This document shows positions 62,001 to 64,000 of a stretch of 64,000 nucleotides of DNA, piece by piece. The position numbers were made by a program, and so were the translations under genes. Each line of letters begins with the position of its first letter. The stretch's first letter is position 1. Below the pieces are notes generated by a model. It was not told the origin of the DNA and ran no database searches. It worked only from the letters and a program-made list of their open reading frames with translations. The DNA is from Podarcis melisellensis. Taxonomy: Eukaryota. Where the stretch lies: the NCBI GenBank assembly GCA_964234715.1, contig OZ174290.1, one strand, 5' to 3'.

Positions 62001-64000
62001 GGGGCGTGTAGAAGCCGATGAACTTTTCTTCCGGGTGGAACTATGACTCTCATCTCAGCCAGACAGAAATACTGTACTCGGTGCTATCCGTGATCTGTCT
62101 GTCTGTCTTTTTATTGGAGTCAGGGCAGGGAAAGGATGTCGGAAGAGCCCCACATTTAAACACGTTTTTTCCACACACCCCACAGCGAGGCGAAGTGACT
62201 CCTCTGAGTCCACATGGTGAGGCAATGATGAAGCTCAGAAGGAAAGTTGGTTGCCCTGCACAGAGTTGCTGCCAAAATGAGCCAACCGAGACCACGCAGT
62301 GCCTTTTCCCTGAAGTAATGCCCGCAGGTGGCATAGCTTCTCTCAGTGGCCCTCTCTTCCCCAGGCAGCATATGAAACTACCCACATCCCAGTAGCGGGG
62401 CAGAGAAAGAAGGGAGCTCTCTTGGTGCAATCTGGTTGTGCATTCTGCCGGTAGCTGAACTCCAATCCTGCCAAGGTGTCTAGTCTTTGAAGGGCAGAAC
62501 AGTGGCACTGAGAAGGAGGACTCAAGACCACCCAGTCGAAACCATCTTGGACCCAAAGGCGTTCATTCACCAAGCCTGCCACAGATTAACTATCCGCACC
62601 ACAGCACGAATACTGCAGACAAGAGCGCCGAGGCGGCTGCTTTGAGACTCTTTGGTGGCTAGTTCCTCCGAACTTGTGTTCCCCACCCACAACCCCCAAA
62701 CCACTTTACTGATGTGGGTGGGAAAAGGGGGAGCAGAAAACTAAGGGGAAGAAAGTATAAGGTTGTATGTGGGGAAACTGGAAGGAGAGAGCCCTGCAAG
62801 CTCAAGGGAGAACCAGCGCCTTTGTGACATCGGCAGCCGGCATGCCAATCCCCACCCGCCTCTCAGACCTATTTGCATGCACAGCAACCAACGCACCTCA
62901 CTTTTTTTCCATTGAAACTTTTCAATAAAATATCAACATCGAAAATAAAAGGAAAGGAGTGATAGCCACTGAAGTACAAAAGGACAAGAAGGAATGCAGG
63001 GTATCCCAAGGCAAGCTATGTATGGCCATTGGGTGGCATTTTACCTACTTTGTGTAACACTGGCTGACCTCCAGACAATTTGCTGGTGTCAGCACTCTGC
63101 AAGGGGCTTGAGGTCTGATGCCGAATCCAGCACTGGCTTGGATTTCAATGACAAATATCTCCTCTGCAATGAAGCACCCTTAATGGAGTATCCACTGCCT
63201 GACAAGCATCCTTCTTTACACACAGAGAGAAACTGAGGCACAGAAATAAAAGGGGAAGCTCTGTGCAGGAGCAGCAACTACGTTGCCCAGGATCCCAGAC
63301 TCTCCTGCAAAACCACATATTCCCCACAGCCATCGCAAGAGACCCATTGTCTGGTGACCTCTTAAAATTTCCAGACGGGACTGACCAAGCGCCCAACACA
63401 AATCTATAAATCCCCCGGCGAACGGTCAGATTGTCCCGCGGTAACTTTCCATTGTTTACGCCAGATGCTTTCAAGAGTCAGGATGAAGTTTTGGAAAGTT
63501 GCACTCGAGGTTGTTATTGCCATGTATCTATGCAGCCATAAAACCAAAGCATACGACCATAAGAAGAGTCTGCGGGATGAGGCCAGTGGCCCGCCCAGTC
63601 TAGCATCCTGTTCTCACAGTGGCTGACCAGACGCTTGTGCGAAACCCGCAAGCAGGATCTGAGCACAAAAGGACTCTCCCCTCCTGAGGTTTCCAGCAAC
63701 TGGTATTCAGAAGTGCTGCTGCCTCCAACCGTGAAGAAAAGAAAAGAATGAACAGCTTTCCTTTCCTCTTTAATAAATCCAGCACCGCTTGTTCCTTTTT
63801 GCACTGTTTCCAACCTTCTTCCACCCTCCAACCAGATCTCTTTGTGCAGACGCTGCAAGGGGACTAACTTTAGCTTGGATGAGGTAGGGCTATTTTTGGT
63901 AGCGTTAAAAATAAACCCAGGGAGACATACATACATACATATATTGCAGCATTATTTATCTACAAGATTTGTAAGCCTTTCATCAGCATGACACTGTCAC

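Noticed and set aside
62000-64000. USP2a (USP2-69) long N-terminal exon
   Set aside because: No matching sequence found; it presumably lies beyond the right edge of the window.

Overview
This is vertebrate genomic DNA, not prokaryotic. Its repeats (Sauria/POM-type SINEs, Squam3-type SINEs, CR1/L2/RTE-X fragments, many MITEs) point to a squamate, most likely a lacertid lizard. Two multi-exon genes lie on the minus strand in the same order as human 11q23.3. USP2 is present as the complete short isoform USP2b/USP2-45 (12 coding exons, 61332->37196, 396 aa). MFRP is complete (13 coding exons, 32231->8412, about 609 aa: TM-CUB-LDLa-CUB-LDLa-Frizzled CRD). A CpG island at about 3.0-3.7 kb is probably the C1QTNF5 promoter and first non-coding exon; C1QTNF5 coding exons are not in the window. 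I checked all exon phases by hand and they close. Most ORFs in the supplied track are spurious. The best signals are: a textbook U12-type (minor spliceosome) intron in USP2; a circadian D-box/E-box/nuclear-receptor motif cluster in USP2b intron 1; a candidate extra USP2 first coding exon; an apparent acceptor shift that lengthens MFRP exon 2; a promoter/LTR-like cassette in MFRP intron 12; a head-to-head SINE palindrome; a three-layer nested TE; and a collapsed Mag-like Gypsy element. I found no evidence of an entirely new gene system.
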